Made by a program: the position numbers and the translations under genes. Source: an uncultured delta proteobacterium (GTDB lineage: Bacteria > Desulfobacterota > Binatia > Binatales > Binataceae). Taken from it: DNA of 64,000 bases. The stretch's first letter is position 1; every line of letters starts with the position of its first letter. Below the pieces are notes generated by a model. That model was not told the origin of the DNA. It worked only from the letters and a program-made list of their open reading frames with translations, and searched no databases. The stretch covers positions 1,312,001 to 1,376,000 of the forward strand of contig CAWJET010000001.1 of assembly GCA_963842085.1 (NCBI GenBank), given 5' to 3'. This document shows positions 56,191 through 64,000 of this stretch, piece after piece.

Positions 56191-56556
56191 ATGCCTCGCG
56201 CCAAAGGCGGACCCAAGACGCGCCGCCGTCATAAGCGTCAACTCAAGCTCGCCTCCGGTTTCGTCGGTGGGCGCAAACTCTACCGCCAGGCCCGCTCGAC
56301 CCTCGAAAAGGGCCTCACCTACGCCTATCGCGACCGCAAGCAAAAGAAGCGCGACTACCGCACGCTCTGGATTGCGCGCATCAACGCGCTCGCCCGCGAA
56401 AGCGGAATCTCGTACAGCGCCATGATGAACGGGCTGAAGAAAGCGGGGGTCGAGGTCGATCGCAAGATGCTGGCGAAGCTCGCGCAGGAGCGCGACGCAT
56501 TGTTTACCGAGCTGGTGCGCACCGCGATCAGCGCGCTCGGCTCGAAAGCAGCATAG
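56191..56556 (+). CDS. rplT: 50S ribosomal protein L20
   Basis: YAYRDRK-KKRD-R-LWIARINA and DRKMLA motifs. Confidence 0.96.
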   Translation: MPRAKGGPKTRRRHKRQLKLASGFVGGRKLYRQARSTLEKGLTYAYRDRKQKKRDYRTLWIARINALARESGISYSAMMNGLKKAGVEVDRKMLAKLAQERDALFTELVRTAISALGSKAA

Positions 56557-56588
56557 AGCCGCGCCGTTCGAAAGCGCCGCGCACCAGG

Positions 56589-56627
56589 AAACCATGTGGG
56601 CGATCCCCCACGTGGTTTTTCGTTTTT
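56589..56627 (+). terminator. Terminator/attenuator-like hairpin between rplT and pheS
   Basis: aaaccatgtggg-loop-cccacgtggttt followed by a T-rich tract. Confidence 0.65.
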
Positions 56628-56657
56628 GGCGCGTGCAAGATTGCGGAGAATACCAAG

Positions 56658-57704
56658 ATGAGAGAACAACTCGAAGAAATCAGGCGCCGCACGATGGCCG
56701 AGCTCGGCGACGACGCCGGCGAAGCGCAAATCGACGCGGTGCGCGTGCGCGTGCTCGGCCGCTCCGGCGAGCTGACGGAAATCATGCGCGGGATGCGCGA
56801 GGTGCCGAGCGCCGAGCGGCCCGCCATCGGCCAGCTGATCAATCAGATCAAGCGCGAAGTCGAGGCGCGCATCGAGGCGCTGAGCGAGAAGCTCAAAGCC
56901 GCGGCGCTGACGAAATCGCTCAACGAAAAACGCCTCGACGTCACGCTGCCGGGCATGCGCATCGCGCGCGGCCACATTCATCCGATCACCGACATTCTCG
57001 AAAAAATGCTGCAAATTTTCGAGTCGATGGGCTTCGAAGTCGCGATGACTCAGGATATCGAGGACGACTTTCACAACTTCGCGGCGCTCAACTTCACGCC
57101 GCACCATCCCGCGCGCGATATGCAGGACACCTTCTACCTCGACGGCGGGATGCTGCTGCGCACGCATACGTCGAACGGGCAGATCCGCGTGATGGAAAAA
57201 CGCCGGCCGCCGCTGGCGGTCGTGTGTCCCGGGCGATGCTACCGGCGCGACGACCTATCGGTGCGCGCTTCGCCGATGTTCACGCAGATCGAGGGCTTCA
57301 TGGTCGACAGGCGCGGGCGTATCACGATGGCGCATCTCAAGGGCGTGCTGACGGAGTTCGCGCGCGCGTTTTTCGGCACGACCGCGGTGCGTTTTCGCGC
57401 CAGCTATTTTCCATTCACCGAACCGAGCGCCGAACTCGACATGCATTGCCTTCTGTGCGACGGCGCCGGGTGCCCGGTGTGCAAGTATTCCGGATGGACC
57501 GAGGTGCTCGGCTGCGGAATGATCCACCCGAACGTGATGCGCGCGGTCGAGTACAACCCCGACGAGTTCCAGGGCTTCGCCTTCGGCATGGGCGTCGAGC
57601 GCACGGGGCTACTGAAGCTCGGCGTCGACGACATGCGCCTGTTCTTCGAGAACGACCTCCGCTTCCTGAGCCAGTTCCCCGCGCTGAGCGGAGGTGTGCG
57701 ATGA
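56658..57704 (+). CDS. pheS: Phenylalanine--tRNA ligase alpha subunit
   Basis: HHPARDMQDTF, LRTHTS, FPFTEPS, CxxC-x4-CxxC insert and GFAFGMG motifs. Confidence 0.97.
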   Translation: MREQLEEIRRRTMAELGDDAGEAQIDAVRVRVLGRSGELTEIMRGMREVPSAERPAIGQLINQIKREVEARIEALSEKLKAAALTKSLNEKRLDVTLPGMRIARGHIHPITDILEKMLQIFESMGFEVAMTQDIEDDFHNFAALNFTPHHPARDMQDTFYLDGGMLLRTHTSNGQIRVMEKRRPPLAVVCPGRCYRRDDLSVRASPMFTQIEGFMVDRRGRITMAHLKGVLTEFARAFFGTTAVRFRASYFPFTEPSAELDMHCLLCDGAGCPVCKYSGWTEVLGCGMIHPNVMRAVEYNPDEFQGFAFGMGVERTGLLKLGVDDMRLFFENDLRFLSQFPALSGGVR

Positions 57705-60121
57705 AGCTGCCGCTCAGTTGGATGCGCGACTTCGTCAGCGTCGAAGCGCCGGTCGAGGAAATTTCGCGGCGCCTCAGCTACGCGGGACTGGTAGTCGAGA
57801 GTGTCGAGAAACTCACGCCGGGATTCGCCGGCGTGTTCGCCGCGCGCGTGCTCCGCGTCGAGAAGCATCCGAACGCGGACCGGCTGAATCTCGTCGAGGT
57901 GGACGCCGGCACGAAAGGCCAATTCAAGGTCGTGTGCGGCGCGCCCAACGTAAAGGCCGGCATGGTCGCGCCGCTCGCGCTGGTTGGCGCGCATCTCGGC
58001 AAGGAACCGCCGCTCGAGGCCGCAGTCATTCGCGGCGTGCGGTCGGAGGGCATGCTCTGCTCGGAGCGCGAGCTGGGACTGTCGCAGGATCATGCAGGAA
58101 TTCTCGCGCTCGGCGCCGACGCGCCGCTCGGCGGCGACGTGGCCGCCTATTTGCACCTCGACGACATCGTGCTCGATGTCGAAATCACGCCGAATCGCGG
58201 CGATTGCCTGTCGGTGCTCGGCCTCGCGCGCGAGGTCGCAGCATTGTTCGCCGTCAAACTGCGCGCGCCCAGGCTGCGCGCGGCGCATTCGGCCGGCTCG
58301 CCCGACGGCGCGCGGTTCACGATTTCGGTTTCGATCGACGCGCCCGATCTGTGCCCACGTTACGCTGCGCTCGCAATGACCGGAGTCAAGATCGGTCCCT
58401 CGCCGGCGTGGCTCAGGCGCCGGCTGGAGCTGTGCGGGATGCGCGCGCTGAACAACGTCGTCGACGCGACCAACTACGTCATGCTCGAACTCGGGCAGCC
58501 GCTGCACGCGTTCGACTACGGAAAAATCGCGGGCGGCAGGATTGTCTTCCGCCGCGCCGGCGACACGCGCGAGTTCGTGACGCTCGACAACATCCCGCGC
58601 ACGCTCGATCCAAACGATCTGCTGATTGCCGACGGCGACAAACCGCTCGCGATTGCGGGGGTGATGGGCGGCCTCAACTCCGAGGTCAGCGATTCGACCG
58701 CGACGATTTTGCTCGAGAGCGCGTACTTCGAGCCGCTGACCGTCGCGCGCACAGCGCGGCGCCTGGGCTTGCGCAGCGAGGCGAGCTACCGCTTCGAGCG
58801 CGGCATCGATCGCGCTGGACAAGTCGGCGCATTGATCCGCGCCGCCGAATTGATCCGCAAAATCGCGCGCGGGCGCGAGGCGTCGCCGTATATCGACCTC
58901 GAACCGCGCAAGGCCGAACGGCGCGAAATTGCGCTCGACCTCGACGCGATGGAATCGTTGCTGGGCGTCTGGATACCTCAGATTGTCGCCAAGACTCGCC
59001 TCAAGTCGCTCGGCGCGCAGGTCGGCACGCGCGCCAAAGGCGTGCTCGCGGTAGTGCCGCCGTCGTTCCGCTCCGACCTGATCGAGCAGGCCGATCTGAT
59101 CGAGGAAGTCGTGCGGCTCGGCGGTCTCGAGGACATTCCTGCCCTGCTGCCCGCGCGCCTGACGGCGCTGGCTCCGGTCAATCGCGAGCGCGAGTTCCTG
59201 AAAGGCACGCGCGAGGTGATGCTGGGATGCGGCCTGACCGAGGCCGCGACCATCGCGTTCATCGCGCCCGCCGACAACGCGCGCTTCTCGGGGATTCAGG
59301 CTGCGGCGCGTCCGGTCAAAGTGACCAATCCGCTTTCGGCGGAATTGAGCGAGCTGCGGGTCAGCCTGATACCGGGACTCGTCACCTCGCTCAGGTTCAA
59401 TTTGAACCGCGAGGCGCGCGCGTTTCACGCCTTTGAAATGGCCAAGATCTTCCGCGTGGACGGCGACATCGCGACCGAACACCATCATCTCGCCGCCGTC
59501 AGCTACGGACCATACGCGCTCTCGGCGATCGGCGAGCAGAGCGCCGCGGCGGGATTTTTTTCGATCAAGGGAATTCTCGAGACGTACTTCGACGCGCTCG
59601 GTATTTCGCCGCGCGTCGCATTCAAGGCGATCGAGCCCGCCGATGCGCCATTCCTGCATCCCGGGCGCAGCGCTATTGTTATGCTCGACGGCGCGCCGAT
59701 CGGTTTGATCGGCGAGTTGCATCCGGCGGAAGCGATGCGCCTTGATCTGAACGAACCGTGCGCGGTTTACGAACTTGACTTGAGTAGTCTCATTGCCTAT
59801 GGTTTCTCGCCGCGCAAAACTTTTCAGCCGCCGCCAAAATTTCCCGCGATCAGGCGCGATTTGGCGTTGGTGCTGGATCGGAATTTCCCGGCGGATATGG
59901 TAGTCAAGACCATTCGGGAATGCGGTGCGTCGCTGCTGGAGAGCGTCGAGGTGTTCGACGTGTACGAGGGGACAGCGGTGGCGGCCGGAAAGAAGAGCGT
60001 GGCGCTGGCTTGTCGTTACCGTGCAAAAGATCGCACGCTGACCGATGAGGAGGTTAACCGCATTCATGCCGTGTTGATCGAGCAGGCGCGGATGCGATTA
60101 GGAGCGGAGTTGCGGCAGTAG
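57701..60121 (+). CDS. pheT: Phenylalanine--tRNA ligase beta subunit
   Basis: MKLPLSW, HPNADRL, TPNRGDC, RFERG and RTLTDEE motifs; ATGA overlap with pheS. Confidence 0.97.
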   Translation: MKLPLSWMRDFVSVEAPVEEISRRLSYAGLVVESVEKLTPGFAGVFAARVLRVEKHPNADRLNLVEVDAGTKGQFKVVCGAPNVKAGMVAPLALVGAHLGKEPPLEAAVIRGVRSEGMLCSERELGLSQDHAGILALGADAPLGGDVAAYLHLDDIVLDVEITPNRGDCLSVLGLAREVAALFAVKLRAPRLRAAHSAGSPDGARFTISVSIDAPDLCPRYAALAMTGVKIGPSPAWLRRRLELCGMRALNNVVDATNYVMLELGQPLHAFDYGKIAGGRIVFRRAGDTREFVTLDNIPRTLDPNDLLIADGDKPLAIAGVMGGLNSEVSDSTATILLESAYFEPLTVARTARRLGLRSEASYRFERGIDRAGQVGALIRAAELIRKIARGREASPYIDLEPRKAERREIALDLDAMESLLGVWIPQIVAKTRLKSLGAQVGTRAKGVLAVVPPSFRSDLIEQADLIEEVVRLGGLEDIPALLPARLTALAPVNREREFLKGTREVMLGCGLTEAATIAFIAPADNARFSGIQAAARPVKVTNPLSAELSELRVSLIPGLVTSLRFNLNREARAFHAFEMAKIFRVDGDIATEHHHLAAVSYGPYALSAIGEQSAAAGFFSIKGILETYFDALGISPRVAFKAIEPADAPFLHPGRSAIVMLDGAPIGLIGELHPAEAMRLDLNEPCAVYELDLSSLIAYGFSPRKTFQPPPKFPAIRRDLALVLDRNFPADMVVKTIRECGASLLESVEVFDVYEGTAVAAGKKSVALACRYRAKDRTLTDEEVNRIHAVLIEQARMRLGAELRQ

Positions 60122-60166
60122 CAGCGTGCCTAACGCGAGCGGGTGGGGATCGTTACGCCGCAGGGC

Positions 60167-60460
60167 ATGACCAAAGCCGATCTTGTAGATTTAATCTACG
60201 AGCGGGTGGGCTCCTCGAAGAAGGAAGCCTGTGAAGTGGTCGAAGCGGTGTTCGCGATCATGAGGGATGCGTTGCGCGCCGGTCACAAAGTGAAAATTTC
60301 CGGCTTCGGCACCTTTCTCGTCAATCATAAACATGCGCGCCGCGGGCGCAATCCGCAGACTGGCGAGCCGATCACCATCGATTCGCGCCGCGTCCTCTCC
60401 TTCAAGCCGAGCCAGGTGTTGAAGGACCGGGTCAACAACGGCGCCAAGCCGGGGGTATGA
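60167..60460 (+). CDS. ihfA: Integration host factor alpha subunit
   Basis: MTKADL, KISGFG and RGRNPQTGE motifs; position after pheT. Confidence 0.92.
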   Translation: MTKADLVDLIYERVGSSKKEACEVVEAVFAIMRDALRAGHKVKISGFGTFLVNHKHARRGRNPQTGEPITIDSRRVLSFKPSQVLKDRVNNGAKPGV

Positions 60461-60927
60461 CGCCGATGCCGCGCCCGCGCCAGCCATCGGTTCGGCGGCG
60501 AAAACCTGCCCCGCAAAAGCCCGCAACAATTTCCGCGATTCCTGAGCGCGGGTTGAAGATCGGCGAAGCGGCGCGCGCGCTCGGCGTCGGGACCTACGTG
60601 CTGCGCTTCTGGGAAACGCAGTTCCCGTTCCTGAAGCCCAAGCACACGCGCACCAGGCATCGCTTCTACCAGGAAAAAGACCTCGACGTGCTGCGCCTCA
60701 TCAAGCGCCTGCTGCACGACGAAGGCTTCACGATCGTAGGCGCCAACAAGCACATCAAGGAATTCGGCATCGAGGCGCTGATGAGTGGCGAGCCGGTCGC
60801 GAAACCCCCGCCGGCGTCATCGGAGCGCACGTCGTCCCAATCGCCCGCAATCGACGGCCAAGCCCGCCGCGTACTGAATGAGGTCCGCCGCGACCTGGAA
60901 TCGATCCACAAAATTCTGGAAGACTAA
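60457..60927 (+). CDS. MerR-family regulator
   Basis: KIGEAA...VLRFWETQFP...LLHDEGFTI motif; conserved position after ihfA. Confidence 0.9.
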   Translation: MTPMPRPRQPSVRRRKPAPQKPATISAIPERGLKIGEAARALGVGTYVLRFWETQFPFLKPKHTRTRHRFYQEKDLDVLRLIKRLLHDEGFTIVGANKHIKEFGIEALMSGEPVAKPPPASSERTSSQSPAIDGQARRVLNEVRRDLESIHKILED

Positions 60928-61004
60928 ACTTGGTTTTCGCTGGCGGGTGTCTGAATCCGCGGAGCGGTCCGGGCGCTCGCCGTTTCTAGAAGGAGGTCGT
61001 TCTC

Positions 61005-61400
61005 ATGCAGCTTCGCCCTATCAATCCCCAGACGTGGCTCGGTGCCTTTAATGTCAATCAGGCGATCGAGGTCACCGCCGGCCAGCGGGTGCTTTACGTT
61101 TCCGGTCAGACCTCGAACGACGCGAGCGGTGCCCCGATGCACCCGGGCGATCTGGTCGCCCAATCCAAGCTTGCCTGGAAAAATCTGGTCGAAGTACTCG
61201 CCGCTTCGAATATGAAACCCGAGAACATCGTGCGACTAAATTTCTACACTACAGACGTTGAAGGTTTCATGGCGAAAGCCGGCGAGATCGTGCCGATCTT
61301 TGCGAAGGCGGGCTGCAAACCGGTGAGCACGCTCCTCGGCGTCACGCGCCTATTCCAACCGAGCATCATGATCGAGATTGAGGCGACTGCGGTAGCCTAA
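61005..61400 (+). CDS. RidA/YjgF family protein
   Basis: LYVSGQ and IEIEATA motifs; AGGAGG RBS. Confidence 0.88.
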   Translation: MQLRPINPQTWLGAFNVNQAIEVTAGQRVLYVSGQTSNDASGAPMHPGDLVAQSKLAWKNLVEVLAASNMKPENIVRLNFYTTDVEGFMAKAGEIVPIFAKAGCKPVSTLLGVTRLFQPSIMIEIEATAVA

Positions 61401-61443
61401 CGCGTTAGGCGCTGCCGAACCCTCGGGCTGGACAGGCCAAAGT

Positions 61444-63948
61444 CTACTCCGCGATGCGGTCTTGCGACGCTACCCGCACGCGCGCAGGCTCGCGCGCCGC
61501 TGCGGCGACTTCGACAGTCGACGGCCAGCGTATCAGCACGCCGAGCGGTGCGAGATTCAGTTCAGTGGCGCATTCCTCGGTCGCGCGATGCGCGAGGCGT
61601 CCGGACTCCACCATCTCGGCGGCGATGCAAACCGCGCCCGCCATCGTGAGCGCGCCCAGGCCGAGCGCGATCTCGGGCAGTCCTGCGATCGCCACGGCTG
61701 CCGCGCTCACCACGCCCGCTGCCAGAGCCACCGTACTTATCCGAGTGAGCTTTATCCGCGCCAGAACGTGATTCGTGATCTTTCCCGCCTCGTGCTCTTC
61801 GTCGGCGGTCTTGAGCTCGATTCGCGTCCACGGATTCGGCCGCACTTCCAGGTCGTAGTCGTTCCAGCCCGCGTCAACGATCGCGCCATGGCCGGTGTGC
61901 GCGAACAGCTTCAGCATCTTGTCGATCAGGCGGTCGCGCGAGATGGTCTCGTTGTTCCAGTAGTCCAGCCGCACGGTACGCCGGAGCCAGTTGATCGTCG
62001 GGCGCTGGCGTACGCTTTCTGTGCCCGCGAGTCCCGTCAGGGCTTTCGCCCGCGTCTTGTAGCGCGTCATCGTTCGCACCATCGGTCCCGTGTAAGCGAG
62101 ATACGCGATCAGAAGTCGCGCGGTAACGCTTTCGTGAGATTTTTCGAGCGGCGCATGCCACGCATAGTACAGCGCCCAGATCGGTCCCAGCGCCAGCATC
62201 GCGGCCGCCGGAATCAGCAACACTCCGAGTATTATCGACGCGACCAGCGCGAATCCCGAGAGCACGGTCCACTCGAGCGTCTGCGGCAGAACTTTTGCCA
62301 GCGTCAGTGCCGGATCGAACAGCGTCTGCGCCCCAGCGGATGCATTCCACAACACGCGTTTGCGGTTGCCGCCGGGAATCGTCCGCGCGAGGCCGGGGAT
62401 CGTGCCGCGCCATGCGATCTGGCGCATCACGTTGAAGCGCTCTGGATATTTCGGATACAGCATCGCCTCGGCGCGCCCGTAACCGCGCTGCTGCCCGTAG
62501 TAAGCCTTCACCGTGTTGCGGCGGAAGTGCCACACGAACGCAGCCGGCGAGAACCCCAGCTTGTAGCCCGCAGCGAGCATGCGCCAGCAGATATCAACGT
62601 CGTCGCCCGCGGTCCTGAACTGCGCATCGAATCCGCCGATCTTTGTGAGCGCCGCCTTCGAGAAGACCATGTTGCAGCCCGCCAGATGCTCGGCGCGATC
62701 CTCGGCGACCAGCACGTGGCACGGCGCGCCCGGCGACGCGGCGCAGCTCGCTTCGATCCATCCCTCTTCGTGCGGCGCGTAGTTCGGCCCGCCGCATCCG
62801 TCGAAGTTGTTTTCGACCATCGAGCGGACCATCAGCGTCAGCCAATGCGGATCGACGACGCAATCCGAATCGGTGTATGCGATAAATTCGCCGCGCGCCG
62901 CTTGCATCCCGACATTGCGCGCGACGCTTAGACCCTTGTTGGGCTGGCGAATGAGGCGAAACTCGGGGAAATCCATCGAGATGTCGGCGGTGCTGTCGCG
63001 CGAGCCGTCATCGACGATAACGACCTCGAAATTCGGGTAGTCCAGGCGCCGCAGCGACTCCAGGCACGGCCTCATCGTGCGCTCGGCGTTGTACGCGCAA
63101 ATCACCACCGACACCATCGGCATCTTCGCCGGCCGCGGTGGGCAGGTGCCGTTGAGCGTCAGGAACGGCATCACGTCCGACGCGCGCATCATGCGCACGC
63201 CAAGCCAGTCGGGAGAAGCCGGAGCAGGAACCGGCGGAGCAACCACGCCAGCCGCACCCGTGCCAAACGCCACTGCTACCGCTTCGTCCTGCCCCGGCGA
63301 TGCATCCTTGAACTCAATGATCACCGGCCGCGCTTCCGCAACGTTGTGCAGGGCAACGACAAAATCGCGAATCTCGACCGGCGCGAGCGCCGGAATTTCC
63401 GCGTAGAGGAAGTCCTCCTCCAAAATCGAAAGTGCGCGAGTTTCCGGCCGCACCTTTATTCCAACGATCGCTTCCGGCGCGCGTCCCTTGATCGTCCTAA
63501 CCACCGCGCGCACACGCCGCCGCGCGTTTTCCAGTCCGCCCGCGCGCAGCACGTCCTGGCCAACCTCGCAATCGAGGATGAAACCGAGGAGAGCGGGATG
63601 CCTGCCGAAAATGTTTGCCGTATGCGCGATTCGCGAGACGACGGGTTTCCATCCGCGGCGGTTCGTCAGCTCGTCCGCCGTGATTCTCAACTCGACCATC
63701 GCGACCAATCCCGACTGCGCCGCGATATCGAGGCACGGCTGCGACTGCGCCTCAGTCAGCACCAGGCCGGTGGTGTGCGCCGCTCGGAGGTCGTCGAGCC
63801 GCTTTCTTAGTTTGAGCTTCTGTCCAAAGTCGAGCGTCGCGCTCACGTCAGCGAGCCGCATCGCCTTGAAAAAGAACTTCTGTCCTGCGCGGGAAAGGAA
63901 CTTACCGTGTGGGGTGACGCTTGGCGCACGGCCGGAATTGGTAAGCAT
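61444..63948 (-). CDS. GT2 glycosyltransferase with an N-terminal glycoside-hydrolase-like domain and C-terminal TM region
   Basis: VSVVICAYN, VDDGS, GLSVARN, TDSD, GCNM, GDDVD and QQRGYG motifs. Confidence 0.88.
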   Translation of the reverse strand: MLTNSGRAPSVTPHGKFLSRAGQKFFFKAMRLADVSATLDFGQKLKLRKRLDDLRAAHTTGLVLTEAQSQPCLDIAAQSGLVAMVELRITADELTNRRGWKPVVSRIAHTANIFGRHPALLGFILDCEVGQDVLRAGGLENARRRVRAVVRTIKGRAPEAIVGIKVRPETRALSILEEDFLYAEIPALAPVEIRDFVVALHNVAEARPVIIEFKDASPGQDEAVAVAFGTGAAGVVAPPVPAPASPDWLGVRMMRASDVMPFLTLNGTCPPRPAKMPMVSVVICAYNAERTMRPCLESLRRLDYPNFEVVIVDDGSRDSTADISMDFPEFRLIRQPNKGLSVARNVGMQAARGEFIAYTDSDCVVDPHWLTLMVRSMVENNFDGCGGPNYAPHEEGWIEASCAASPGAPCHVLVAEDRAEHLAGCNMVFSKAALTKIGGFDAQFRTAGDDVDICWRMLAAGYKLGFSPAAFVWHFRRNTVKAYYGQQRGYGRAEAMLYPKYPERFNVMRQIAWRGTIPGLARTIPGGNRKRVLWNASAGAQTLFDPALTLAKVLPQTLEWTVLSGFALVASIILGVLLIPAAAMLALGPIWALYYAWHAPLEKSHESVTARLLIAYLAYTGPMVRTMTRYKTRAKALTGLAGTESVRQRPTINWLRRTVRLDYWNNETISRDRLIDKMLKLFAHTGHGAIVDAGWNDYDLEVRPNPWTRIELKTADEEHEAGKITNHVLARIKLTRISTVALAAGVVSAAAVAIAGLPEIALGLGALTMAGAVCIAAEMVESGRLAHRATEECATELNLAPLGVLIRWPSTVEVAAAAREPARVRVASQDRIAE

Positions 63949-63980
63949 GGATGCGGGTGTCCTCTCGATGAGAACCCATC

Positions 63981-63996
63981 TGCCAAAGCCATGCCA
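63981..63996 (-). promoter_or_regulatory. Possible sigma-54 promoter of the glycosyltransferase gene
   Basis: Minus strand TGGCATGGCTTTGGCA has GG-N10-GC spacing; a GAGAGG RBS lies downstream. Confidence 0.45.
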
Positions 63997-64000
63997 CCGG

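Noticed and set aside
57404-60067. Long antisense ORFs (also 40584-42026, 47426-49276, 3220-4566 and others)
   Set aside because: These are shadow ORFs expected in high-GC coding DNA, with no recognisable motifs.
56594-60121. 1175-aa ORF suggesting an extended or fused PheT
   Set aside because: The first ~370 aa are an off-frame read across pheS. PheT starts at ATG 57701 after GGAGG.
60928-61004. tRNA-Pro, often found after ihfA-merR
   Set aside because: No cloverleaf or T-loop consensus is visible.

Overview
GC-rich bacterial chromosomal window. Gene order and sequence style suggest a deltaproteobacteria-like lineage, possibly Candidatus Binatia (inference only). About 1-35 kb is accessory/metabolic: the 3' part of a ba3-type (B-family) heme-copper oxidase subunit I, a coiled-coil beta-barrel protein, a BVMO, a ferritin-like protein, a pyruvate kinase-USP-MgtA-PncA-PolX stress cluster, a phosphoesterase, a dehalogenase/sulfatase/MBL-hydrolase/GST/TetR cluster, glucan phosphorylase, a MazEF-like pair, lipid-catabolic enzymes and three small putative metal-binding envelope genes. 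About 35-64 kb is mostly core genes: xseAB, tlyA, ctpA, lgt, dtd, trmL, a nucleoside-type ABC transporter, a CCA-adding enzyme, tRNA-Val and thrS-infC-rpmI-rplT-pheS-pheT-ihfA-merR, plus a DUF6516-type TA pair. Main discoveries: (1) a TGACA-N7-TG(T/C)CA palindrome recurs in four promoter regions of the hydrolase cluster and defines a candidate TetR regulon; (2) a 4.4-kb gene for a secreted G8/CEMIP-TMEM2-like protein lies between two diverged direct repeats that each carry that operator, which looks like operator capture; (3) a SAM-I-riboswitch-like sequence with altered core nucleotides precedes pncA; (4) a CC-CC-CC secreted mini-protein is encoded with two other putative metal-binding envelope proteins; (5) two genes are broken by simple lesions, and infC starts at AUC. 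No CRISPR array, rRNA, transposase or integrase was seen. All calls come from motif recognition by eye; no database searches were run.
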